A stretch of DNA of 32,000 nt from Candidatus Hadarchaeales archaeon (GTDB taxonomy: Archaea > Hadarchaeota > Hadarchaeia > Hadarchaeales > Hadarchaeaceae): assembly GCA_038823825.1 (NCBI GenBank), contig JAWBCC010000001.1, forward strand, positions 90,001-122,000. The letters run 5' to 3'. Made by a program: the position numbers and the translations under genes. The notes under the pieces are model-generated. The model made no database searches and had not been told where the DNA came from. It saw only the letters and a program-made list of their open reading frames with translations. Numbering within the stretch: the first letter of the stretch is position 1; every line of letters begins with the position of its first letter. Positions 17,353 to 26,014 of this stretch are shown piece by piece.

Positions 17353-18162
17353 TCATCTCAGTCCTAACACATCCCACATATCGCAGATTTTTCCCATTTT
17401 TCTGTGTTTATATGCAAATCTCACAGCTCTCAAAACTCCGGCAGCAAAGGTTTCTCTTCCATGTGCTTTGTGGGTTATTTCTAATCTCTCTCCTTGACCA
17501 GCGAATATCACCGTGTGTTCTCCGGTCACATCTCCGATTCGTAGCGAGTGAATGTAAATTCCTTCTCTTTTTTCCTCAGAGGTTCTTCCAACTATGATCC
17601 TCAAACCACCCATCTCTTTTGAAAGGATCTCTGCGATGCGTAGCGCAGTTCCGCTGGGCGCATCACGTTTTTCTTTATGATGTATCTCTATGATTTCCAC
17701 CGAATATTCTTTACCCAAAAGTTTCGCTGCTTCTTTTACCAGTTCGAAAAGAACGTTCATACCAACCGACATATTGGGAGACAAAACTGCAGTTACTCCG
17801 GATTCCTTCACAGCATTTTCGATTTCCTCCAACTGCTCTTTCGTGAACCCCGTGGTCCCCACAACTATCTGCACACCATGTTTTGCAGCGATTTTCACAT
17901 TTTTAACCGCAGCATGAGCCACTGTGAAATCAACTAGGACATCCGGTTTAGTCTTTTTTATTACTCTTTCAAGCTTCTGAGTTCCAACTATTTGAACCCC
18001 AAGACTCTTGGTTCCGGCAACGAGGCCAGCGTCACTTCCAACTGCTGGATTATCCGGTGCTTCAATGGCTCCTACTAGTCTGACGTCATCACTTTTCACA
18101 AGCTCTCTTATTATCGCTCGACCCATTTTTCCGGCAGCTCCGCATAAAACAACCTTTATCAT
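17353..18162 (-). CDS. dapB: 4-hydroxy-tetrahydrodipicolinate reductase
   Basis: VVLCGAAGKMGRAI (NAD(P) binding) and the signature EIIEIHHKEKRDAPSGTA. Confidence 0.92.
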   Translation of the reverse strand: MIKVVLCGAAGKMGRAIIRELVKSDDVRLVGAIEAPDNPAVGSDAGLVAGTKSLGVQIVGTQKLERVIKKTKPDVLVDFTVAHAAVKNVKIAAKHGVQIVVGTTGFTKEQLEEIENAVKESGVTAVLSPNMSVGMNVLFELVKEAAKLLGKEYSVEIIEIHHKEKRDAPSGTALRIAEILSKEMGGLRIIVGRTSEEKREGIYIHSLRIGDVTGEHTVIFAGQGERLEITHKAHGRETFAAGVLRAVRFAYKHRKMGKICDMWDVLGLR

Positions 18163-19052
18163 CGGTTCTCACTCACAAGTATGCCTGTTTCAATGAGTAT
18201 CAGCTTCAATTTCTTTTGATTCTCTGGTTCCATTTCAACAAGAGGTAATCTAACTCCACCAGCTGGCATTCCCAACCATCTCATCGCTGTTTTGATCGGA
18301 ACGGGATTTGTTTCTATGAAAAGGCCCTTGAAAAGCGGAAGAAGTCTCTTGTGAATTTCTTCGGCTTTTTTCCAATCTCCCTTTCGCGCGGATTCGACTA
18401 GCTCGACTATTTCACTCGGAATTATGTTCGATGCCACAGAAATCACACCTACTCCCCCCAGTTTCATGATTTCGAGAGTATCTGAGTCATTGCCAGAGGT
18501 CACGATAAAATCTTCTCTATCAACTAGCTCAATTATTCTTTTCACCTGTTGCATATCTCCGCTTGCTTCTTTTATCCCAACTATGTTTTTCAGCTTCGCC
18601 AGTTTTGCTACAGTCTCGGGTTGCATGTTTACACCAGTCCTAGAGGGAATGTTATAAATGACGATAGGAATGTCCACCTCCTCAGAGATTTTCTTATAAT
18701 GGGCATAGAGTCCAGCTTGTGTAGGTTTGTTGTAGTATGGCACAACTATGAGCGCACCGTCTGCACCAACTTCCTTCGCTCTCCTCGTCAACATTATCGC
18801 CTCCCACGTTGAGTTACTGCCGGTTCCAGCCAAAACTGGAACCCTTCCCTTGGCCGCGTCCACCACGATTTCTATCACTCGTATATGTTCATCGTAGGAT
18901 AGAGTGGAACATTCTCCAGTGGTTCCAACTGGAACCAATCCATTTATTCCGTTTTTAATCTGAAACTCGACGTTTTTTCTCAACCCCTCTTCGTCTATTT
19001 CCCCATTTTCGTCGAAAGGAGTTATCATCGCCGTAAGTGCACCCTCGAACAT
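18159..19052 (-). CDS. dapA: 4-hydroxy-tetrahydrodipicolinate synthase
   Basis: ITPF, VPVGTTGECSTLS, VVPYYNKPTQ, and the Schiff-base Lys context IVGIKEASGD. ATG-19052 overlaps the stop of the upstream kinase gene by 1 nt. Confidence 0.92.
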   Translation of the reverse strand: MFEGALTAMITPFDENGEIDEEGLRKNVEFQIKNGINGLVPVGTTGECSTLSYDEHIRVIEIVVDAAKGRVPVLAGTGSNSTWEAIMLTRRAKEVGADGALIVVPYYNKPTQAGLYAHYKKISEEVDIPIVIYNIPSRTGVNMQPETVAKLAKLKNIVGIKEASGDMQQVKRIIELVDREDFIVTSGNDSDTLEIMKLGGVGVISVASNIIPSEIVELVESARKGDWKKAEEIHKRLLPLFKGLFIETNPVPIKTAMRWLGMPAGGVRLPLVEMEPENQKKLKLILIETGILVSENR

Positions 19053-20272
19053 CAAATTTCCCTCATCGCCTTTTCAAAAAGCTTCAGTGCGTTTTCTCTA
19101 TCTTCCCAATTTACGAAGAAACTTATGGATGCTCTGCTCGACAGAATTTCTATGATGTTTATCCCTGCCTCTCCCACCGGTCCAGTTAGCCTTGCTATAA
19201 CGCCAGGTGTGTATATGAACTTCTCACTTTCCGTGATTATCATAGCCAATCCTTTCTGAATGGTCACCGACTTCATCACTGGATCTTCCTTGACAATTTC
19301 GTGAACGAGTTCGGCAGCTTTTTCTGCCTCGCTTTCTTTAACATAAAGAGAGAACGATCTCGGTCCTATAGAAACACCAAAAATATTAATTCCAGCTTCG
19401 CTGACGGGTTTAACAGTCTTTAGAAGGATTCCAGGTTTTGTTTGCATTTGCTCTCCGACAACGGTAACCATAGCTAGAGGTTCAGGGTAGAGTTTGACGG
19501 TGGTTGGTTCGGGGAAAGGCCCTACAATCTTCGTTCCAGGGGCGTTTAAGTCGTACTTGTTGAAATTTATCACCTTCGCCTCTATTTTTGGATCTTTGTA
19601 GTTCATCGCTCTTGGATGCATGACCTGTGCCCCAAATCTTGCCAAATCTCGCATCTCTTCAACGGTTATTTCTTCCACTAGTTTTGCTCCCCTTATTACG
19701 TTGGGGTCAGCGCTCATGACGCCATCCACGTCCGTTACGATTATCACGAGATCGGCTGGTAAACACTTTCCGATGACAAAGGCGGTTATATCACTACCGC
19801 CCCTGCCAATTGTGGTTATTTCACCGTTTTGGTCTCTTCCGAGGAATCCACAGATTACGGGGACCACACCCTTTTTCACAAGCGGCAAGATGTATTTTTT
19901 AACTCTTCTCTCCGTTTCCTGTAGATTTATTTCAGCCATTCCGTGTCTGCTGTCGGTTATCACTGGCCATTCTTTGTTTAGAGGATCTATTGCTCTGCTC
20001 TTGACTCCGATCTCGGACAAAGCTTTCGCAAAAATTCGAGCACTAGTCCTCTCTCCTAATGCCATGACAAAATCCAGTTTTTTTGGATCCGATTTCTTTG
20101 CGATTTTTTTGTAAATTTTGATGAGAGCATCCGTGGAGTGTCCAATGGCGGAAACAACCGCGACTACCGAATTTCCTTTCTCAATTTCTCTGACTACTGC
20201 TCGCGCGTCTTTTCTAATTCTTTCGATGTTGCCAACACTGGTCCCACCGAATTTTACAACCATCAAACTCAT
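19052..20272 (-). CDS. lysC: Aspartate kinase (with C-terminal ACT repeats)
   Basis: VVKFGGTSVG, VVSAIGHSTD, GRGGSDITA, then two repeats of a small regulatory-domain pattern (LAMVTVVGEQM..., LAMIITESE...). ATG-20272 forms an ATGA overlap with the lysA stop. Confidence 0.88.
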   Translation of the reverse strand: MSLMVVKFGGTSVGNIERIRKDARAVVREIEKGNSVVAVVSAIGHSTDALIKIYKKIAKKSDPKKLDFVMALGERTSARIFAKALSEIGVKSRAIDPLNKEWPVITDSRHGMAEINLQETERRVKKYILPLVKKGVVPVICGFLGRDQNGEITTIGRGGSDITAFVIGKCLPADLVIIVTDVDGVMSADPNVIRGAKLVEEITVEEMRDLARFGAQVMHPRAMNYKDPKIEAKVINFNKYDLNAPGTKIVGPFPEPTTVKLYPEPLAMVTVVGEQMQTKPGILLKTVKPVSEAGINIFGVSIGPRSFSLYVKESEAEKAAELVHEIVKEDPVMKSVTIQKGLAMIITESEKFIYTPGVIARLTGPVGEAGINIIEILSSRASISFFVNWEDRENALKLFEKAMREI

Positions 20273-21582
20273 CGCAACCACTCTGGAATATTATCCAATC
20301 TAATGATATCCTCAAAAGTTTCTCTATTTCTGATTATCTCCGCTTTTCCATCATTCACAAGAACCATCGCGGGCCGTGATTGTGCCGTGTGTTGATTCGA
20401 CATTGCAAGACCGTATGCTCCAGTATCGAAAATGACCAAAATATCCCCAGGTTCGATTTTTGCTAGTTTGCGGTTTTTTCCAAGAAAATCTCCAGACTCA
20501 CATAGCGGTCCGGCTATGTTATACTCAGTATCATTCGGAAGGTTCATCTTGTTCGCAACTTCGATGTGATGATATGCTCCATAGAGAGCCGGTCTTATGA
20601 GAGCATTCATTCCGGCATCTATGGAAACCCAAGCTGGAAGGTTTTTTCTTTTCTTCACATAACCAACTTTAGCCAATATCACTCCAGCATCCCCAACGAT
20701 GTACCTGCCGGGTTCGAAAGCAAGGGTTGGCGGAATCAATTTTTCACTATTCACGACTTCCTCTACGATTTTAACGATTTTCTTCGCTACAACTTCTATA
20801 GGCAATTCCTTATCTTCAGGTTTATAGGGAATTCCAACGCCCCCGCCGAAATCGACTATCTCCAGCGATATTCCAAGCTCGTTTTTTAGCTCTACAACAA
20901 AGTTCATCAATTTTCTTGCTTCCTCCTCAAAAGGATCAGCGTCCAAGATCTGTGATCCGATATGAGAATGTACTCCAACTACTTTCACGTGTTTTAGCTC
21001 TATTGCTCTTCGATACGCATTCAATGCTTCGCCGTCTTCAACCTCTAAACCGAATTTACTCTCTCTCAGCCCTGTAGCTATGTAAGGATGTGTTGGTACT
21101 GAAACATCAGGGTTTATTCTAAAAGAGATCTTCGCGATCTTTCCAAGCCTCGCGGCAATTTTGTCGACAAGCTCCAATTCTTGAAGATTATCGATATTTA
21201 TCATGATTCCGTTTCTGATCGCCAGCTCCAACTCTTCAGGTTTTTTATTGTTTCCATTAAAAACCATACGTTCACCGGCGATTCCGGCCTTAAGAGCAAT
21301 TTTTATCTCATTTTCGGAGCTCACATCGGCTCCGGTGCCCTCGGTTTGCAGGATTTTAACAACCGCTAGATTTGAATTGGCTTTCAAAGCATAGTACACA
21401 ATGACTTTAGGCCAGAGGCTAGAGAATGCTCTGTAGAATCTCCTGTAATTTTCTCTAATTCTTTTCTCATCCATGACGTAAAGCGGAGTTCCAAATTTTT
21501 CCACAAGTTCAACAGCATCAATTTCGCCTATTACTAGATGTCCTTTATCGTTAACCTTGAAATGAGATTTCAGCATCAGCAT
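20269..21582 (-). CDS. lysA: Diaminopimelate decarboxylase
   Basis: The PLP Lys in YALKANSN, plus HSHIGSQ, FGGGVGIPY, FEPGRYIV, GPLCESGD and DTGAYG. Confidence 0.9.
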   Translation of the reverse strand: MLMLKSHFKVNDKGHLVIGEIDAVELVEKFGTPLYVMDEKRIRENYRRFYRAFSSLWPKVIVYYALKANSNLAVVKILQTEGTGADVSSENEIKIALKAGIAGERMVFNGNNKKPEELELAIRNGIMINIDNLQELELVDKIAARLGKIAKISFRINPDVSVPTHPYIATGLRESKFGLEVEDGEALNAYRRAIELKHVKVVGVHSHIGSQILDADPFEEEARKLMNFVVELKNELGISLEIVDFGGGVGIPYKPEDKELPIEVVAKKIVKIVEEVVNSEKLIPPTLAFEPGRYIVGDAGVILAKVGYVKKRKNLPAWVSIDAGMNALIRPALYGAYHHIEVANKMNLPNDTEYNIAGPLCESGDFLGKNRKLAKIEPGDILVIFDTGAYGLAMSNQHTAQSRPAMVLVNDGKAEIIRNRETFEDIIRLDNIPEWLR

Positions 21583-22919
21583 TCTTTTTCAACCTCGCGA
21601 AGCGATTGTTCAAAGATATCCATTCCGATCTCCAGATCACGTTTGGGAATTACCAAAGGTGGTGCAATTCTTATGGTTGATTGGCCTCCTCTGAAAAGAA
21701 TGAGTCCCTTGTCTAAAGCTTTGCGTATCAGGGCTTCTCTCTCGTTCGTGGCCGGATTTTTTGTTTTTTTATCCTTAACGAGCTCTACCCCAATCATGAG
21801 TCCTTTCCCGCGCACATCTCCAATGAGCTTGGAGGTCTCCGCAATCTCTTGAAGTCTTTTCATGATCTCTTCTCCTAGCTTTGCAGCCCTTTCGACAAGT
21901 TTCTCCTCTTTGAGTATCTTTATCCCCTCGATCGCGGCCACGCAGGCAACTAAATTTCCCCCAAAGGTTGAGGCATGGGCACCAGGCTCCCAATCCATAA
22001 TCTCCTCCCTGGCCACAGTCGCCCCGATAGGAGCAATTCCTCCAGCCAAGGCCTTGGCTATGCACACGATATCCGGTTCCACATTCCAGTGTTCCATCGC
22101 AAACATCTTGCCGCTTCTCCCTAACCCGGTTTGAACTTCGTCCGCGATGAATATCCACCCATATTCATCACAGATCTCCTTCAGCATTGGGTAATATTCA
22201 GGTGGAGGAACTATGTATCCGGAATTACCTTGGATGGGTTCAGTGATTACGGCTGCTACTTCCTCCGGTGGAACTACTGTTCGGAGCCTTTCTCTCAAAA
22301 ACTCCAAACATAGGAAGTCACACCCGGGGTATTTTTGCTTAAAGATGCAACGGTAACAGTACGGAAAAGGTATAAATTCGACTCCAGGGACGAGAGGAGA
22401 AAAGTAGCGATGGTGGAGAACGCGCGTGGAGGAAAGACTCATCGCTCCATAGGTTCGTCCGTGAAATCCACCCATGAAGGCGATTATTCTCGGTTTTCTC
22501 GTGTGCCACCGCACACATTTGAATGCCGCCTCTACTGCTTCAGCCCCACTATTTCCAAAGTAAACACGTTTTCTGAATTTACCGGGCGTTATTTCAGCGA
22601 GCATCTCCGCCAGCACAACCTGCTGTTCGTAGTAGAAGTCGGTTCCGGCGAAATGTGTTAGTTTTTTCAATTGTTTTTCAACAGCCCGTATTAACTTCGG
22701 GTGTGAATATCCGTAGTTTAGAACAAACATTCCAGATGAAAAATCCAGCAGGATATTTCCATCTACATCCTTTACGTAGCACCCCTTTCCTTCAACCGCC
22801 ACTATGGGCTCAGCCCGCGTATATGAAGGAGACATTATTTTTTGATCTCGTTCTACCATCTTTCTTGCCTTAGGGCCCGGAATCGGGGTTACTATTTTTG
22901 GCTTCAACCTCGTTGGCAT
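21576..22919 (-). CDS. Class-III PLP aminotransferase (GabT/ArgD-like), substrate unknown
   Basis: 447 aa with GNSGAEAVEAAFK, ADEVQTGLGRSGKMFA, and the PLP Lys in DIVCIAKALAGG. A paralogue of argD at 9665-10840. First gene of the DAP operon. Confidence 0.8.
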   Translation of the reverse strand: MPTRLKPKIVTPIPGPKARKMVERDQKIMSPSYTRAEPIVAVEGKGCYVKDVDGNILLDFSSGMFVLNYGYSHPKLIRAVEKQLKKLTHFAGTDFYYEQQVVLAEMLAEITPGKFRKRVYFGNSGAEAVEAAFKCVRWHTRKPRIIAFMGGFHGRTYGAMSLSSTRVLHHRYFSPLVPGVEFIPFPYCYRCIFKQKYPGCDFLCLEFLRERLRTVVPPEEVAAVITEPIQGNSGYIVPPPEYYPMLKEICDEYGWIFIADEVQTGLGRSGKMFAMEHWNVEPDIVCIAKALAGGIAPIGATVAREEIMDWEPGAHASTFGGNLVACVAAIEGIKILKEEKLVERAAKLGEEIMKRLQEIAETSKLIGDVRGKGLMIGVELVKDKKTKNPATNEREALIRKALDKGLILFRGGQSTIRIAPPLVIPKRDLEIGMDIFEQSLREVEKEC

Positions 22920-22972
22920 ATCAGAAAATAATTATGATTTGACAAGTTTTATTTATTTCACTATCTCCATAT

Positions 22973-23854
22973 TTGTGTGTGAATTACCGATATGTAGAAG
23001 CGAAGGAAGTGGCTAGACTACTTCCAAAAAGACGACCGGATTCCCACAAGGGTGAGAACGGAGTTGTTTTAGTTGTTGGTGGAAGCGAGAAGTACGTAGG
23101 AGCTCCCGCATTTGTTGCACTGTCTGCTCTCCACTCTGGCTGTGATCTTGCGATAGTTGCCGCACCCGAGAAAGTAGCTTGGGTAATAAATACATTTTCT
23201 CCGGACTTGATAACATGTAAACTTCCAGGCTCGGAGTTCGGAATTAATGCGATGCCTATTGTAATGGAAGAGATGAAGAGAGCGAACGCAGTTGTTGTAG
23301 GTCCCGGCTTAGGAATGAGTAAAAAAGTCTCGAGAGGAGTTATCAAACTTGCCGAAGAAATTAATAAGGCAAAGGTACCAGCTCTTTTCGATGCCGATGG
23401 CTTAAAAATCGTTGGTCCCGAACTCGAACGTCTGGGTAACCAGCTTTGGGTTTTGACGCCACATGCCGGAGAATTCCAAAAGATTTCCGGAGAAACTCTT
23501 CCTCCGGAACTAGACAGGCGTTGCGAGATCGTTCTGGAGTTCGCGAAAGAATCTAAATGTGTTATTCTTCTAAAAGGACGAATAGATGTCATTGCTTCTC
23601 CGAACGGAAATGTGCGACTTAACAAAACGGGGAATCCAGGAATGACCGTTGGTGGCACAGGAGACGTGCTTTCTGGAATTGTCGGAGCTCTCCTTTCTCA
23701 GGGTTTACCATCCTTTGAGGCAGCCATTGCTGGAGCCTGGATATGCGGAAGAGCTGGTGATTTATGTGCAAGGGAAAAAGGATATGAATTTTTATCTTCT
23801 GATGTAATAGAAAAGATACCCGAGGTGTTCAAGGAGTTGAGGAGGTGCAGATGA
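22973..23854 (+). CDS. nnrD: ADP-dependent NAD(P)H-hydrate dehydratase (YjeF C-terminal type)
   Basis: RRPDSHKGENGVVLVVGGS, LTPHAGEF, VILLKG and GGTGDVLSGIVGALLSQG. The start is uncertain: TTG-22973 or GTG-22979, with no in-frame ATG nearby. Confidence 0.85.
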   Translation: MCVNYRYVEAKEVARLLPKRRPDSHKGENGVVLVVGGSEKYVGAPAFVALSALHSGCDLAIVAAPEKVAWVINTFSPDLITCKLPGSEFGINAMPIVMEEMKRANAVVVGPGLGMSKKVSRGVIKLAEEINKAKVPALFDADGLKIVGPELERLGNQLWVLTPHAGEFQKISGETLPPELDRRCEIVLEFAKESKCVILLKGRIDVIASPNGNVRLNKTGNPGMTVGGTGDVLSGIVGALLSQGLPSFEAAIAGAWICGRAGDLCAREKGYEFLSSDVIEKIPEVFKELRRCR

Positions 23855-24001
23855 ATGGCTAGGTTTGAGGTTGCAGAGCGTAGACTCTTCCAAGTCAAAA
23901 TCTGTATGAAATGCAACGCTCACAATCCTTGGCGGGCAGAGAAATGCAGAAAGTGTGGCTATAAAGGTCTACGTCCGAAGTCGAAGGAGTCCAAAGCATG
24001 A
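23855..24001 (+). CDS. rpl40e: Ribosomal protein L40e
   Basis: 48-codon ORF absent from the ORF track: [48 protein letters not shown], with a C4 zinc ribbon. ATG-23855 directly follows the nnrD stop (TGA 23852-23854), with GGAGGTG upstream. Its stop overlaps the next ATG (ATGA). Confidence 0.88.
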   Translation: MARFEVAERRLFQVKICMKCNAHNPWRAEKCRKCGYKGLRPKSKESKA

Positions 24002-24744
24002 AGGTTGAGAACTATCTGCGCCGCGTAATAAAAAGAGACGGTGCGGCTCATCTCACTCTTATAGACCCAGCAAAGCAATCACCTGGTGAAGCAGCTTACA
24101 TAGTTTCTGAAGCAGATCGTGCCGGAACTGATGGGATAATGGTTGGAGGTTCAACTGGGGCTTTCGGCCGTTTGCTTGACGATACTATTCTCGAGATAAA
24201 AAAGGTGACAGATCTCCCAGTTATCCTTTTTCCGGCTAGTGAACGTGGTATTAGCAGATACGCAGATGCGATATTCTTCATGAGTATGCTCAACTCTCAA
24301 GATCCATACTTTATAACTGGTGCGCAGGTGAGAGGAGCACCGATAGTTCGCAAATTTGGCCTGGAATCAATTCCTATGGGATACCTCGTAGTTGAACCGG
24401 GTGGGACTGTGGGAAAAGTGGGAAAAGCGAAGCTGATACCAAGAAACGACTGGCAGTTGGCCGCGAATTATGCAATAGTTGCGGAGTATCTGGGGATGCG
24501 ATTTTTTTACTTAGAGGCAGGTTCGGGTGCTGACAAACCCGTCCCTGTTGGGATGGTCAAGGCGGTTAAAAAAGCAACAAATTTGGTGTTGATTGTGGGG
24601 GGAGGAATAAAAACCCCAGAAATGGCAGCTGAAAGAGTTGCCGCCGGAGCAGACATAATAGTGACCGGAACTCTCGTTGAGAAAGCCGCAGACGTATTTT
24701 CAGTACTTAGTTCGCTTATACGGGCAACAAAGGCAGTTAGATGA
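23998..24744 (+). CDS. Geranylgeranylglyceryl phosphate synthase (PcrB/GGGPS family)
   Basis: 248 aa TIM-barrel pattern: [30 protein letters not shown] and [11 protein letters not shown]. Confidence 0.85.
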   Translation: MKVENYLRRVIKRDGAAHLTLIDPAKQSPGEAAYIVSEADRAGTDGIMVGGSTGAFGRLLDDTILEIKKVTDLPVILFPASERGISRYADAIFFMSMLNSQDPYFITGAQVRGAPIVRKFGLESIPMGYLVVEPGGTVGKVGKAKLIPRNDWQLAANYAIVAEYLGMRFFYLEAGSGADKPVPVGMVKAVKKATNLVLIVGGGIKTPEMAAERVAAGADIIVTGTLVEKAADVFSVLSSLIRATKAVR

Positions 24745-24958
24745 GACCGCGGTGTTTGGCACAAGAAATGCAAGCATAGCCTTTTTCTACAGGAAGATAA
24801 ACTTTTCTTCTATCAACTCCTGGTATGCTTTTAAGGTCTATTCCTGGTCGTCTCTTCACTGGAATAGCCTTTATACGTGGAACCAGTCGACCACAGTAAA
24901 CGCACGGTACCGGTTGGCTTCTTCCCCCAACTTTATAGAGTCCCCACTTCTTTCCCAT
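24737..24958 (-). CDS. rps26e: Ribosomal protein S26e
   Basis: 73 aa. GRSQPVPCVYCGRLVPRIKAI...YLPVEKGYACISCAKH parallels eukaryotic/archaeal S26e ([21 protein letters not shown]...YCVSCAIH, recalled). Confidence 0.75.
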   Translation of the reverse strand: MGKKWGLYKVGGRSQPVPCVYCGRLVPRIKAIPVKRRPGIDLKSIPGVDRRKVYLPVEKGYACISCAKHRGLI

Positions 24959-25017
24959 ATCCCTACCCTTGGGGTAGTTATCTTTTCAAGCCTATATTAA
25001 GATGATAGTCGGACTAT

Positions 25018-25602
25018 CTAGTACTCTTCACACTTGACTTGATAGAAGCTCCGCGGGTGTCCGCACGATGGACATTCTTGGGGAGGTTCAGTTCCGTAGT
25101 GGACATAACCGCACTCTCTGCAAACCCACCAGATCGGCTCAGGTTTCTTGAAAACAGTTCCGTTCTGAACCTCCTTCAGAAGTTTTTTGAATCTCTCCTC
25201 ATGGTGTTCTTCGGCTTTCGCTATCGCTCTTAGTCTGTTCGCGATTTCATGGAGGCCCTCTTCATCAGCTATTTTCGCAAATTCCGGGTACATTTTCGTG
25301 TACTCATAGTTTTCGCCGGCAATGGCAGCCTCGAGATTTTGTTTAGTATTTCCGAAGACAACCGGAGCGGATGCTTCTACGACTACTTCATTGAAGCTTT
25401 CTCCACTCTTCTCTTTAAGTTCGTTCAGTAGACGGAAAAGCCAACTTGCGTGCTCTCTCTCGTTGTCGGCTGTGATGAGAAAAATTTCAGCGATTTGTTC
25501 GTAACCTTCTTTTTTCGCAACCTTGGCATAGAAAGTATATCTGTTTCTTGCTTGCGACTCCCCTATAAATGCCTTTGCCAAGTTTTGAATTGTTTTTTTC
25601 AT
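25018..25602 (-). CDS. rbr: Rubrerythrin
   Basis: Diiron four-helix-bundle motifs ([42 protein letters not shown]) plus a C-terminal rubredoxin-like WVCRECGY...CPSCGHP. Confidence 0.9.
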   Translation of the reverse strand: MKKTIQNLAKAFIGESQARNRYTFYAKVAKKEGYEQIAEIFLITADNEREHASWLFRLLNELKEKSGESFNEVVVEASAPVVFGNTKQNLEAAIAGENYEYTKMYPEFAKIADEEGLHEIANRLRAIAKAEEHHEERFKKLLKEVQNGTVFKKPEPIWWVCRECGYVHYGTEPPQECPSCGHPRSFYQVKCEEY

Positions 25603-25644
25603 GGTATCCTACTTTTTTAGTTGTCAACTCTTTTTATTTTTTTC

Positions 25645-25950
25645 GGTTGCCGGCGTGCTGGCTGTAACCCGTCTTCTGTTTTCAGGCGACATTCAGCTAA
25701 GCGGGCTACCACCCGTCTCAGGTGGGTATTCATCGACGGAAATTTGCCCTTGCACCTCGCAGAGCCAGCCGTTTCATCCCCGACTGTCCGACTTCAGCGT
25801 CTCCGCATCATCACATTAGGACAGTCAGGGTGTCGTTTCTGTGCTGGCTTTCCCGGCTTCTCAGCCGTGCCCTTTCGGGCTGCGATCCCACCCGGTGGAC
25901 GGTGTTTCCTCAGGCTTTCGCCCGGCAGTCGCCCGCCAGCTCGCCGGCAA
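25645..25950 (-). ncRNA. rnpB: RNase P RNA, archaeal type A
   Basis: GC-rich ~300-nt island in an AT-rich spacer. On the minus strand, P1 pairs GCCGGCGAGCUGGC with GCCAGCACGCCGGC, and P2 pairs GGCGAC with GUCGCC. P3 is the hairpin GGC-GAAA-GCC. The CR-I-like segment is GAGGAAACACCGUCC, whose CCGUC pairs with GACGG in the CR-V-like ACAGAAGACGGGUUACAG (P4). Also present: CACAGAAA, GCAAGGGCAAAU and UUAGCUGAAUG. Ends are +/- 5 nt. Confidence 0.85.
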
Positions 25951-25970
25951 TTTTAGTTTTGTTCAACTTG

Positions 25971-25980
25971 GGATAAAATC
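25971..25980 (-). promoter_or_regulatory. Candidate TATA box for the RNase P RNA gene
   Basis: The sense strand reads GGATTTTATCC, centred about 26 nt upstream of the first P1 nucleotide (about 25948-25950). This is the canonical archaeal TATA-to-start spacing. Confidence 0.55.
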
Positions 25981-26014
25981 CTTATTACTCTCCGAGTTCT
26001 AATTTCAGCAGTAG

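Noticed and set aside
25782-25826. Box C (GUGAUGA) and box D (CUGA) elements that suggest a C/D box sRNA.
   Set aside because: They sit inside a long stem within the RNase P RNA (P12-like arm) and lack C'/D' boxes and guide spacers. They are better explained as an L7Ae-type K-turn.
25645-25950. The alternative identity of the GC-rich ~300-nt RNA as SRP (7S) RNA.
   Set aside because: I found no helix-8-type GGAA/GNAR-flanked AGCA...symmetric-loop motif or Alu-domain pattern. By contrast, CR-I, CR-II-like (CACAGAAA) and CR-V-like (ACAGAAGACGGGUUA) blocks and the P1/P2/P4 pairings fit RNase P.
25601-25976. Three overlapping + strand ORFs (72, 111 and 84 aa) across the GC-rich island.
   Set aside because: The island folds into the P1-P4 architecture of RNase P RNA on the minus strand. 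The ORFs are Arg/Pro/Ser-rich artefacts of GC-rich, stop-poor RNA-gene sequence.
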